From Phyllosticta citribraziliensis (Eukaryota), in contig NW_027117341.1 of the NCBI RefSeq assembly GCF_038025025.1, positions 62,001 to 126,000 of the forward strand: a stretch of 64,000 bases of DNA, written 5' to 3'. Under the pieces are notes generated by a model, which was not told the DNA's origin, made no database searches, and saw only the letters and a program-made list of their open reading frames with translations. Numbering within the stretch: position 1 is the stretch's first letter; every line of letters starts with the position of its first letter. Position numbers and translations under genes: made by a program. Of this stretch, positions 49,258 through 61,195 are shown piece by piece.

Positions 49258-50145
49258 AGCCAAGGTCTACATCCAATCTCAGCGGGATGTTGAAAGCGAG
49301 TCCAACTTGTGAGCAATGCAGGACTCAAGTACTGCCGATGGTTACATTGTGCAGACGTCAACAGGAACCATCGCATTTCCAATTTGGGAAGGTTGTATGT
49401 GTGATCCGGAGGTTTTCATGTATCCCGTCAATTATTGGCGTCATGCGGCAGAGATCCGACTGGGGTGCAGGTGTTATCCATCAAAACCGGTTCATGTTCG
49501 CGTGAGATCCTTGCCGCGTGGCCGTTTCCGAGTTCGAGGCGCTCAGGAACCGCAGCAATGTAACCCTGAAGATTTGCAAAAGTGCTGCATTGACGAGTTT
49601 AATCGAGGTGGGGTACGGGCGGGAGCAACAATCAAGGTTGTGGCAGCATTCAAGATAAGGTGTAGGAGCTATGGCATGATCGCGGGGTAGCGAGGCTTCA
49701 ACAGATACGAGTGCGAGAGAAGCAACAGTAAAGAGGATTGCTTCATGCTGTTCGACATTGCAGATGGACGCGGCATACCCTTGTGGTGGTTCGGCTGTGC
49801 CACGGCCACCATTAAGCCTCAATATCAGAAGTGGGCGCGGGAGTGGGATCCAGGAACAACTCACTGTGGATGCAACCCAGGGTAGACACCGTTTCTACCT
49901 CGTCGTCCAACCAACGAATGTAACAATCTAGGTCGAATCATTCAATGCGACACTGGTATCCATCAGGGTTTTCAAAGAGACGATTGTCAGAGCAAAGATT
50001 CAGTGGAGTGGTATTAAAGAGTCGTGATACATGTCCGGCGCAATCGGAAAAGAGCCAGTAAGAAAAGCGCTCCCAGCCACAGAGATGAGAATTGAGAAAA
50101 CCGAAGGGAACTCCAAACGCCTCCGCGTGGCTGCGTCAGTCTCGC

Positions 50146-51176
50146 CTAGTTCTTCGGGGGGTATTTCGTAAAGAGAAATCTGCATCGTCAGCACAAGTCA
50201 TGAAAAGACAAAAAGAGACTTACTTGGAAAGGTAGTAGTCGGCAACGCCAAAAAGACCAACGGCACCGGCCCAAGCGCCAGCAAGCTTCCAGCTCAACTC
50301 GCCAGCGTTGTACTTTTTGTATGCACCAAAGCCCAGGGCGGCACCGACGACGCCAATGGTGACGGCATTTCCAATGACGACCGGGTTGTCGGCGTTCTCG
50401 CGGAGACGACGGCCACCCTTTTTCGCCTTTGCCTTTGCCTTTTCTTCCTTGGCCTTGGCGGCCTCGCGGATGGTAGCTTCACGCTCGAGGCGCTCGAGTT
50501 GAGTGTCGGTCTTTACCGACTGGGACTCAAAGTCGGAGGGGACGGATGCAACGTGGGGCGTGTCGACATCGACAAGCGAGTGGGTCGAGTCATCGGTGTT
50601 GTGGACTTGGGGGATGGGAGGGGCCCGTCTGCGTTTTCGCTTTGGAGTCAGACTTTGGATTCTCACGAGTTCTTCAAGAATGTCTTCGGTCAAGGAGACG
50701 CGTCGCAGCGAGGAGGGAAACAGGTCCCACGGGTGAGGCTGGGGGATCTGGAGGGCTGCCATGGCGGCCGTCAGATGGACTGGACGGGCGCAGACATTTT
50801 TCATCAAAGAAAAAAGACTTCGCTGCTGCCCAAGGGGAGTCAGGTGCGACGCGAGCGGATGCAACTTGGATGATGCGCGACGCAAGACCACGACAGCAGG
50901 GGCGAAGAAGTGGGCGTCCTGCGGCCCGCTTGGAGCGCGAAGATCTCCATGGCCCCCGGCAGAGCAGCGCAGTCCATCTGGCGGTGTTTCCGACCCCGTT
51001 GCGACGTGACGTGCTTATCGCGATGTTGCAAACAAGAAACGAAACGGGTGGTAGGTACTTACGCCTGCGGAGGGGTCAGTCTCGATAAGCGCGCGGTGCA
51101 GGGTTGACCTTGGGAGGGAACTTACGTCTTGAGGCGACTGCTTGGGACCGCTGGCGGCGACGTCTGCGTAGGACAT
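50146..51176 (-). CDS. Mitochondrial outer membrane protein, OM14-like
   Basis: Exons 51126-51176, 51063-51064 (2 nt), 50224-50628, 50146-50179. MSYADVAASGPKQSPQDARAPP...NPVVIGNAV-TM...TM-DYYLSKFLFTKYPPKN. Family assigned from memory. Confidence 0.75.
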
Positions 51177-51630
51177 GGTTGCGGTGGTGATGGGGATGTT
51201 GGAGTTGAGGAGAGAGAGTTGAGTGTTTGTTGGTTGAGAGGGTAAAAGTCACACGACGACGATGGAAGGGACGGGAAACGTTAAAAGCCCTCGCAGCTGA
51301 TCGAGACTGGACGATGCCTTGGAACCGCGGCTGCTGACGTCATTGCCCTGTGCAACCTCCCCGGCCGACTGGACTGGAGCATTCTCCATGACCGTCCACA
51401 TCGAATTTCCTCTTCTCCACTTCTTTCTCTATCGTAATGCTCAAAGCTCTACATTAGCTGCCCCACCCGCCTCTACACGGAAGCTTTTTCTTCTACTATA
51501 CAGTTGAATTTGAGTGTAGTACAGCCAAGACCCTTCTCCTCTACCACGCGACCACTTTTGCACTCGCTAAACGCTCCAACAATACAATGCCCGGAGAAGA
51601 AGAAAGCAATCTTCGCGGCAGGCCGTCCGC

Positions 51631-52604
51631 TTATTTGCTCTTGTGCCAAGGCTGCGGCACTCCGTCATCTGTCGCAGCATTCTTCTCCGCCTCACTTTTT
51701 GCCGATGCCTGGGCGCGCTGACGCTTGGCCTGAATCTCCTCGGGCGACAGCGTCGGCCTGTCCTGCGACACCTTTTCTGCGCTCTCATTCGGTGTTGCCG
51801 AGTTGGACGCCGGAGGCTTGCTCTCTTGAGCCACAGGCGCGTCACCTCCGTCCTTGGTCACGTCGTCCTCGTCGTCGAGCTCCTCGCCGTAGATTTCGGG
51901 GTACTTTCTGAAGCAGTCTTGCATGCCCCTGCGTTTCGTCAGTCACAAATACCCGCAAAGCCTGAGGAGGCCATACTTGAACTTTTCAATGCACTCCACG
52001 CCCTTCGGCTCCTCCTTCGAGTAGACAAAGCAGCTAAAGGCAGCCTTGAACTCCTCTCCGCAAGGGCCGTGGGCCATGCCTCCCAAGCACGGGCAGTCCC
52101 AATTGATCTCGCCAGTCTCCGGGTTGAACGCGCCCTGTTGACCTGCCTCTTCTTCGAGCGCTTCCGGCGAGCCACTCGCAGCGGCATTCTCGGTTTGCGC
52201 TGCCGCGGCGGCCTTTTGCTTTTCTTCGGCGGCTAATGCTTGTGCCTTGGCGAGTTTTGCGCGTTTTTCGGCAGCAATGGCTTCGATGGTGGGCAATTGC
52301 TCGTTTTCCTGCTCATTCTGGGCTAACACGGTGTCTGTCATGCGATTCAATGGTCAGCAGCGCCTGGAAGACAGGGAGTGGCCCAGCTCTTACACTCGGG
52401 CTGGTCCGCAAAGACATTGCTCGTGTTGTAGTAGTAGACGGCGCCAATGGCAAGGCCCCAGCGCACAAAGGAGCTCTTCCAGCTTCTCGACTTTTGCGTG
52501 GGCGGTGCGGTGCTCAGGAACCTTTTCGCGCTCGGAGCTCGAGCAAGAGGACGCTGGGAGCGCGCGGCGGATTGGAGGGCGGCGCGTGTTGCGGGGCGAA
52601 ACAT
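51631..52604 (-). CDS. MIA40: Mitochondrial intermembrane space import and assembly protein 40
   Basis: Exons 52394-52604, 51977-52334, 51631-51928. Presequence plus TM anchor; [42 protein letters not shown] (CPC plus twin CX9C). Confidence 0.96.
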
Positions 52605-53784
52605 GGTGGGAGTGAGACGCTAGACGGAGCGATGGAGGAGATGCGGGCGCGAGGGCGATGGAAAGCAGCGGACGGTCGATGGGGGCGACGTCCAGGTATG
52701 CCTCTGGGCCGTGATGTCCAGGTCGGTGCTGGTGGTTTGGCCGATGATGTGGATTATCTCATGGACTTTTGTCGGCAACGTTTTGTCAGCACGAGGGAAA
52801 CTCTAGCCGCTTCCGCGCGGCTGTTCCTGCATTTTGCCGCGCCTGGTCCGGCACTCCGGCTGCTCCACCTTTCGTCATCCATCACCAACTCTGACCACCA
52901 CACGTCCAGTGTCTCCTCGCTACAAGTCGCCTTCTCGACGGATCTCGCTCACAAACTCTTGCCGCCGCTTGGCCATATTCCTCGCCCGACGCGAAGAACA
53001 ACACCACGACACGTACATCCGAGCAGCGTGACGCGGTTGCAGGCTTGCACGACTGACGGCCTCTGGCAACGAAATAAAGAGCTTCGGACGACGAAGTGCA
53101 TGGGCATTTTCGACGTCGAAAATAGAAGGCGCCTGTGACCCCTACGATGCGGCTTCCCAATCTTGGTGACAGACTGCCGCGAAAGCAATCCCCGACGTCT
53201 CGTGAACCATGGACTCGACAACAACCGACATCCCATCTTTGCATTCAGCAGATTCCTTTTCTTTCCACTCTCAGCTAAGACTCTCAGCTGAAACTACTCG
53301 CTCCATCCTCGTGTGCACGCTGAATGCAACTGTCCTCCCACAGCGGCCGGTTCTTCGAGAACTGGAGCACGAGCCTGTTCCTCTGGGATCTTCCTCCACA
53401 GTTCAGAACGATTCCTTACTCTGTCGTTCGTCCCCAGCCCCCCAACCTCATCCGTAGCAGGCAATGAATTCTCCTTGACTGCAGCCGTGGTCCTACGAGT
53501 CGTCGTCTCTTCTATCACCCACCAAGAGGCATGCCCACAAACACGATCCAGGGTCAGTTCGGTGAAGATACCCTACCGACTTTACAGACAGCGTTTTTAT
53601 ACTTGTTCAGTACAGTATCAGATCCTCCTCATCATTGCACCAAGGACAGTCACTTAGGGAAGTTTTCTGAACGCTCAACAATGAATTAAAACCGTTTCCT
53701 GACGTATGATCTACTTATACAACGAAGAAGACCAAACGATAACAAGCGTATAGTACATTTTTCGATTCCACCTCACGTCATCCT

Positions 53785-54528
53785 TCACGCTCCACCGCCG
53801 GCTCCACCGCTCTCGCCTTCGCCTCCACCTCCTCCTCCAGACTGAGGCGTGTACATGCCTTGGCCGCCTTGCTCGCCACCACCGCCACCGCCGTTCATAG
53901 AAGGTGAACCAGCGCCAGGTCCGCCTCCACCACCAAGACCGCCTCCGAAATCGCCCTTGCCCTGCTTCCCCTGCTTCTTCTGGCTTTTGGAATCGCCCTT
54001 GGATCCTCCGCCTCCAGGCCCGCCCATTCCTCCCATGTCCTTGGACTTGCCTCCCTTCCCACCAGAGCCTCCTTTTCCACCCCCTTTCCCTCCTCCGCCA
54101 GCGCCCCCAGTTGGCGATGGTGGGAAGCCTCCTGTTCCAGACCCTTTCTTTCCACCTTTCCCTTCAGAACCTTTGCCTTGTCCTTTGCCCTGACCCTTCC
54201 CCTGATTTTTGCCTTGACCGCCCTCTTTTGGTTGGCCTTTGGAGCCCTGTTGCTTGCCTTGGGATATTCCACCCTTCCCTTGGTCTTTCTTGCCACCGCC
54301 GGAGCCGCCACCAGGGCCAGCCCCGCCGCCGATGTCGCCACCGCCTCCTTCTTTGGTTTGCTTGAGGAGGTCGGATGGAGGTTGAGGGTGTTCGCCTCGG
54401 GACTCGAGGTAAGGAGCAGCGTTGCCTGCTGCGACATCAACTGCCCGGCGCTCGTTGTCTGTGGGGGCAGAGATTGTGATTGCGCCGAGTGCCAAAAGGC
54501 ACATGAGGGTTGTCTTGGTGTGATGCAT
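53785..54528 (-). CDS. Secreted glycine-rich protein (G/K/Q-rich, no Cys after the signal peptide)
   Basis: Signal peptide, ERR dibasic processing-like site, GQGK repeats, upstream minus-strand TATA. Confidence 0.78.
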   Translation of the reverse strand: MHHTKTTLMCLLALGAITISAPTDNERRAVDVAAGNAAPYLESRGEHPQPPSDLLKQTKEGGGGDIGGGAGPGGGSGGGKKDQGKGGISQGKQQGSKGQPKEGGQGKNQGKGQGKGQGKGSEGKGGKKGSGTGGFPPSPTGGAGGGGKGGGKGGSGGKGGKSKDMGGMGGPGGGGSKGDSKSQKKQGKQGKGDFGGGLGGGGGPGAGSPSMNGGGGGGEQGGQGMYTPQSGGGGGGEGESGGAGGGA

Positions 54529-54645
54529 ATCGAAGCTGAAGACTGAAAAAGGAGCGACAGACTTGACTCGTACACGTACTCGTGGAAGGATAAAGACAGT
54601 GAGTTGTTTTGACGTGAAGAGCTAAAGAGGGAGCAAGGGCTCTGC

Positions 54646-54654
54646 TTTTTTATA
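54646..54654 (-). promoter_or_regulatory. TATA box of the Gly-rich gene
   Basis: TATAAAAAA on the minus strand, ~120 bp before the ATG. Confidence 0.55.
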
Positions 54655-57600
54655 CACGATTCAGCTTGCCGAGAGGGTCCCCGCCCAGAGGACCCTTCTT
54701 CGTTGGGCCAGCAGCCATCGAGGTGGCTTTCACTGACTGACACAGCTGAAAGAGATCAAGGCCGTAGCTCGGCGGCAACCTATACGCGCGACGCTCCGGA
54801 GCAAGGACAGTTACTGAAAACGGTAACCGCTATTGAAACTTTGATACTACACACGGCACGACCTCGTGGACATGGGCGTCGGGGGGCCAGCATCAACCAT
54901 GACTTGCAAGGAAGCGGTACCACGTCAGCCTGTTCCACACCCATTTTCCAGTGTGCCCTGCTCACGATCGACAGTCTCTGGTAGGGACTGCTCCGATCAG
55001 TCGAAACTCATGACACGTGCAGTCCAGCCGCTACGGTTCAGTGGGAGAGATGAGCCCGGAGCTTTTCCCGTCACTCCTTCACTTGCAGATGTCCATCGAG
55101 TCAGATACGCAAAACACTTCAAACGGGAAACAAGAAGTCGCGGTCTCCAGAAAGCCCTGATCGCATGGCGACGTCTCAGCATGTATCTCCAGCTGGTTGT
55201 TGGTTCTATCGTCAATGAGGCCGTGCGGATCTGCACTACTTGGGCGCTCTGCGCAGGGAGTAGCTGTGTCAGTGACAGGGAAGTCTGCTAGGTGAGCTTG
55301 ATGTCTACTCTAATCTCATGCTTAACAGAACGAATCTCTTGGCCACACTCGCGTAAAGTCAAAGCTTTTTCCCGTTTTACCAGAAGTGCAGCCACAGCTA
55401 ATGCTCATTTGTGATGACAGAGAACGGAGATGATGTGCGGGTCAAGTCAGCAGCTCTCAATTCAAGCCAAAGCAACCCCAACAGTGTCCAGCATTTCTCT
55501 CAGGGGCTGCTGCGTTTTGAAACATGGGTTGCGTCCCAGTAGGTGTAGCATTGTCTGGGCATTTCATGCGGCCAGTTTGGACTTGGCGACAGACAGCCAC
55601 ATACGTTTGTCACTGTGCCACTCGATTTGACCGGGAGCACGTCGAGCTCCAGCCTCGCGTTTGCATCATGTTTGCGCCCGCCACTCAACCTGCCAAGCGC
55701 GCCCTCAACACTCTGGATTTCAGAGTTGTTCCAGCGCACTCGACGTCTTTGATGTCAGGGTGGCTTTTGTCACCTTTGCCATGCGCCGTGACATTGTTTC
55801 GGCCAATCAGCGATTATTTCTTGTCTGCGCCCTCCCCTGCATGGACAGTGAAGATCTCCCGCTCCTTGGGCGAATGTGGAAATTAACGGCTGGGATACTA
55901 CCCTGACTCCAGATCTACCAAGAGCAAGAGAAATCATCACACCTCTCAGCATTTCCAGCATTGATTGGAGTCGTCTGGCGCGCGGCTGCTCGACAACTCG
56001 TTTTCGAAACGAATCCGAGGCTGCCCATGGGAGTTTCAACAGAGACACTGCGATCCAACCCCGATGCAATGATTTCCAGAAGAATCTTCGACCGGTTTCT
56101 TGTGCTCTGGAAGACAATGCATTTCGCATCCGTGACTACTTTTACAGCTCGAGTCATGCTGGACGTTGTACCGTTTCTCCATCCAGACTGGCACCAAACT
56201 CTCGGAAATGAAAGAGGTGGCCGCAAGACACCATCACCTTCAGCCATGTGCGGGCGCACTATCACTTCTTGGCTACTGCTCTCCACCTTTCAATGACCAC
56301 AGCGTGGTGACTGTTGCTGCTACAAAGAAATCACACAGGACAGACTTGATCTTCGCTACGACAGCAACCTAAAGCCAGTCTCTACCCGCAGTGAGGCCGT
56401 CTTCCTCGGATGTCATAGGTGTGGAGTCTGCCTTGCGACGGTGATGAGAAACATTCGGATATCGGTATCCAACCCGTCATTCCACCATCGTCACCATCGG
56501 GCCGTCTGCGATCCCCGCTTGGTCCAGAAGAGTCGTGGTGTTTGGTCAGGGAAGAAGCAAAACATTGCGTCAGTGCAACATGGTTGGGCGTAATGTTTAC
56601 TGGGTAAGCTTAGATGCGCCGGGTCGAGCTCCCATCAGTACCTGCAACCGCGCGCGCGTCTCTGCTAGACGCCGCGCGTTGATGAAGAACTGTCGCAGCT
56701 TGACAGAGGAGCTTAAAACGGAGAAGCGAATGAGCGGACAGGGGAGTCGCAGTCTTTAGCCGCGCGGGCGAGTACAGCGGTGCTCGAGTTTGGCTGCGTC
56801 CAGGGCCCTCCAGGTCAGAACTGTGCATTGCTCCCCGTCTTGTGCATGCCAAGCTCAGCCAAAGCGGGAGACGGTGCGTTACTTTCGGGCACATCAACAA
56901 GCCTTGCTGCTGTGGCTGACGCCTCCTCTCGATCTAGCGTTGGTGTCCTCTCGAGTAAGTCGTGAATAAGCCCAGAATGCCAAGTCTGGACAAACGACTG
57001 GGATGCTAACCAACAATTTGAGGAGGCTTGACATCCATGATGTAGACCAAGAGCATGTGTGACCGATCAAGTTGGAGAGAGCACGTTTTTCGTCACTGTC
57101 CTGGCAGAATCCACCAGAATCCAAACGCCGCTACACTCGATTGAGGGCCTGTGGATAATTATCACCGCCTTTTGTCCCGTCTGCTGCGGCGGCTGGCCAA
57201 GGCTGGTTTCTGAGCAAGTCATGAATGCTCCTGGATCACAACCAGCCAACTTACCAAAGCGGTAAGGCTAGGCGCCATGACAGCGAACTTGCGGCTGGCC
57301 ACCCCTCAAGGGACTTTGGAAAAGCTCATCCAGCATTTGCTCAGGGGCTCTGTCGAGCCGTCGAAAACAACACCAAGAAACCATCAAAACGGTCGAGCTG
57401 GACCCTCGACAACGGCGTTGCTGCAGCTCGCCCTTCAGCCTTGTGGTTTCACACGAAGATGTTTCGCTGAGACGACGAAAACGGTTCTACGGTTAGCAAA
57501 GCAGCTCCGACGACGCGGTTGCCTGGCACATCAGAAAGCCACTCGATTTCGAAGTCGACGCTGCTCGAGTCACTGTCGTTGCAAGACTGGACAAGACATA

Positions 57601-58947
57601 ATCTCCCCAACGGACCACATCTCTCCGCGGCGGACCAAGCAGGATGGGCGCTGCTAATTACAGAATGAAGATCATCGACCGTGAGATTGCACGTCTCGTG
57701 CACCCCTGGCCGAGCGTGGCTCCATGGGGGCCGGGGTCTTGAGAGGATGATGGATGATATGCGGGGGCCAAAGCCGAGAGGGGCCGCTCAGGTATGCATG
57801 TGGTAGGCCTCTCTCAGACCGCTTTCACGCTATACTATACAGGGCGACAGTAGCAAACGGCGGTCTTTGGACAGATTCCTTGACCGTGTGCATCTGGTGG
57901 TCAGCCCATCAGTTTGCCAACCTATCAGGCATCCAGGCACTCCAAGTCGAATCACTGCACGCTGCCCAGGCGTCGAAAGCGGTGAGGCGTTTCCTCTGTT
58001 TGACGTGAAGCGGCCCGTCGTCGGAGCATGGCTGTCACTGCATCACGCTGGCCGCCGGCTGCGCTGAAACCGTGTCAAAACGCGGGTACCTGTCTGGAGC
58101 GACGAGCAGTCGCGTGGCGGCGCGGCGGCAGCGCGGCGGCACTGTCATTTCCCCTCTGTGATGCGCCTACCTGGCAATGTTTCTTACGTTCCCTAGCGCG
58201 TTTGTTGCTCCCGTTTCGCCAACGTGGAAGCGCGTTGGCTGCGCTGGTGCTACTGCTTGATGAGTTGTACGGTGGGTTCGATGATGCCGGCTGGCGCTCT
58301 CGACAAAGGCCTGGAGGCGCATGAGAGAGTTTGGCTGCTGCTGTGGTAGGCATGCTGGGTCGTTTGGCTCAAGACTGGCTGGGCAGCTGTGGAGAGAATG
58401 AGGCGGATATTGCGTCCGTAGGGCTGGCGGCTTTGCGATCGCAAGACTCTCTGGCACTGCAATTTGACGGTGTACAGTGTATGCCAACTCGAGGCTGATC
58501 AAGATGATGGGATTGAGGTAGTCGGCGAAGTCGCCCGCGTCGTAGAGCGCACACTTGTTTTCCTTTCTCGCAGGCGTCGCTTTGGTGGCGAATCACTGCT
58601 CATTAACACAGCTTTTTCGACGTTTCCGCAGACGCAAATGCTCCTGAGGGCATACCACGCTTCCTCTCAGCCCTACTGTTTCTCCTTTGTGCAGCGCAAT
58701 GACGCGTGGTGGGCCGTTGGGGCCAAAAGCTGCACACGCAGCCGATCCCCCACGGCGATCTACACTTCACAGCCTTCCGAGATCCTTCGGCGCTCCTGCC
58801 CGTTCTAAGCTTGGAAGCTCTCGAGAATGCGTACGCGGCGCGATGTAGCGGTCTGTACAATAGTTCGATGGCGATGCGGGTATATAGCGGCCGTGGTGAG
58901 GATGATGGCGGGTTGGGTCATCATTGACGCAGGAGTGGTGCCCGAGA

Positions 58948-60945
58948 ATGCCTTTTGCACGAAGTTTTGCTGCCGTTGCGCTGTCGGCGCTGCCGTTGTC
59001 GCGCTGTCTGAGCATAGTGGTGCCTGGTACTGTGCCAGACAACGCTTCTGACGTCGTCGATCAAGCGTTTGTCGGCTTTGGGATCGAGAGTACCAGCTTT
59101 CAGCTCTATGCGCGTCAGTGGGCAACACTCATCTGCCTCCTCTCCGCTGACAGCCAGCAGTGAGCGGCCAGACTGGGTCGCAGACGAATCAGTGGACTCA
59201 GAACATCCTCTCGGGCTTCGCCGACAGGACCGGAGCGCCCGTCAACATTCGCGTGGGCGGGACGTCGCTGTGAGTGGTCTCCCCGACGCCCACTACTGCA
59301 CAGTAATATTGTATAGTACCTGCCAGCCGCCTCTCCTAACCTTGTTCTGCGCCGCACAGCGACAACGCCCGCTTCGATGCCACCCAGGAGCCCGCCGTCA
59401 GGTACGAGAACGCGACCGCTCCGCACACGCTGCACTCGCCCATCACGCTGGGCCAGCGCTGGCTCGCCGGCCTGCGCGCCCTGGCCGACGTCACTTGGGT
59501 CCTCCAGCTGCCGTTTGCGCGCGGGAATCAGACTAATGCCGTCGAGTTCGCCAACGCGGGTCTCGCCTCCATGACGGCCGGGACCCTTGACGCCTTGGAG
59601 ATTGGCAACGAGCCGCAGTGGTACCACACGGCCGTCTATAACGATCGCAATGCGTCGTGGAGCCCGGAGGCGTATTTGGAGGAGTGGGACGAGTGGGCGC
59701 GGGCGGTGCTGGTGGGGACAGGGCTCCATCAAGTTGAGGGCCCGCACTTCCATGGCTTGACGCTGGCGGGCGTGGTGCCGCCCGAGTGGAACTCGTCAGT
59801 GTTCTCTTTGATTCTCTGGATTGTGGTGTCGGTGCTGACGAGGAAGCAGTGCGAAAGTGTTGGATTCACTTGACAACTCGACAGTGAAAGCCGTTTCGCA
59901 GCATTAGTACGCCATCGCATCTTCCAGAGCCATTCCTACCGTGCAGATTACTGACACGCCACAGCTATCAATCCACAAATGGCGGCACACTGCAGGGTTC
60001 GTTTCTGCCCCTCTCTTTGCCAGTGGCCGGAAGCATCCAGACGATGCCGTAGAGCGACGAGAGCTGACTAAGTGGACAGATACGCTCATGAACCACACGT
60101 TTACCAAGACTCGTATGGCGAATTACTCCCAAGCTATTCGCACCCTGCAGACCAATGGCAATAATATCCCCATCGTCTTCGGCGAAGTCGGTAGCGCGCT
60201 CGGTGATGGTGGGTCTGCAGACTACGCCCTCAACTCCCGCCTCGGAGCGGCGCTGTGGACGGTGGACTGGCTGCTATACGCCATGACGCTCGTGAGTAGC
60301 CTCCTTATCAAAGACCCCTTCCATCCTATCATCCAACTCTTGTCCTCTGTCGTCCTTGACTGACACCAAACCTCGCAACAGGGCATCAGACAAGTGTCAA
60401 TGCAACTCGGCATCGACTACCCCTTCGCCGGCTTCCAGCCCGCCACCGTCAACGCCTCCTCCAGCCCCTACGCCTCGCCCACCAACAACACCGACCACCC
60501 GGCCCGCGTGCTGGGCGGCTTCTACGGCGACGTCTTCGTCGCCGACTTCATCGGCCGCGACGGCGAGCTGCGCGTTGCCGAGCTCGCGACCGCGAACGAG
60601 AACATCACAGCGTACGCTGGCTACTCCGGCGACGCGCTGCGCAAGATAGCCCTCGTCGACTTGTCGCTGTGGAATGGGACCGCGGCGCAAGGGGAGCGCC
60701 CGAGCCAGACGGTGACGCTGCAGGGCCTGGGAGATGCGACTGAGCGCGTCATGGTGCAGCGGCTGACGGGGCCGGGCGGGATGGCGCTTGCGACGGAGAT
60801 ATCGTGGGCGGGGCAGCAGTGGTTGACGGAGGGGAACGGGCGGCCGTCGACGACGCGAAATGACACTTTGACGATCGACGTGGGAGGCGGGGTGGTGGAT
60901 GTGGAGATCATGGCGTCGGAGGCGTTGTTGGTGACGCTTCTGTAA
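58948..60945 (+). CDS. Secreted GH79 beta-glucuronidase-like glycoside hydrolase with C-terminal beta-sandwich
   Basis: Signal peptide, FVGFGIE, IRVGGTSLD, acid/base LEIGNEP, nucleophile VFGEVGS, LGAALWTVDWLLYA. Several introns; those near 59.8-60.1 kb are not fully resolved. Confidence 0.88.
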
Positions 60946-61195
60946 GGTCTCTTCGTTCGCGGGGCTGACGTTGTTCGAGCTGCATTGTGCATAGCATTCT
61001 GGATCTGCAGTCAGGAATCGTCAGAACACTTCTCATTAATTGTGATTTTCCCTATCCAATCCCACCAACCGCAGCAAAACTGCTTGGATGCTATTGCGAC
61101 GATTCATCAATGGCTGTTCCAACTCTTCTATCCTCCCTTCCTTTTGCGTCTCAACCTTTTGCCTGTGGCGCTTCGTTCTCGTCGGCCAGAAGCCT

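Noticed and set aside
50700..50891. Upstream part of the listed ORF 50220-50891
   Set aside because: It lies in intron 2 of the OM14-like gene; the real N-terminus is at 51176.
52236..53138. 300-aa + strand ORF
   Set aside because: Antisense to MIA40 and its promoter, non-ATG start, no motif.
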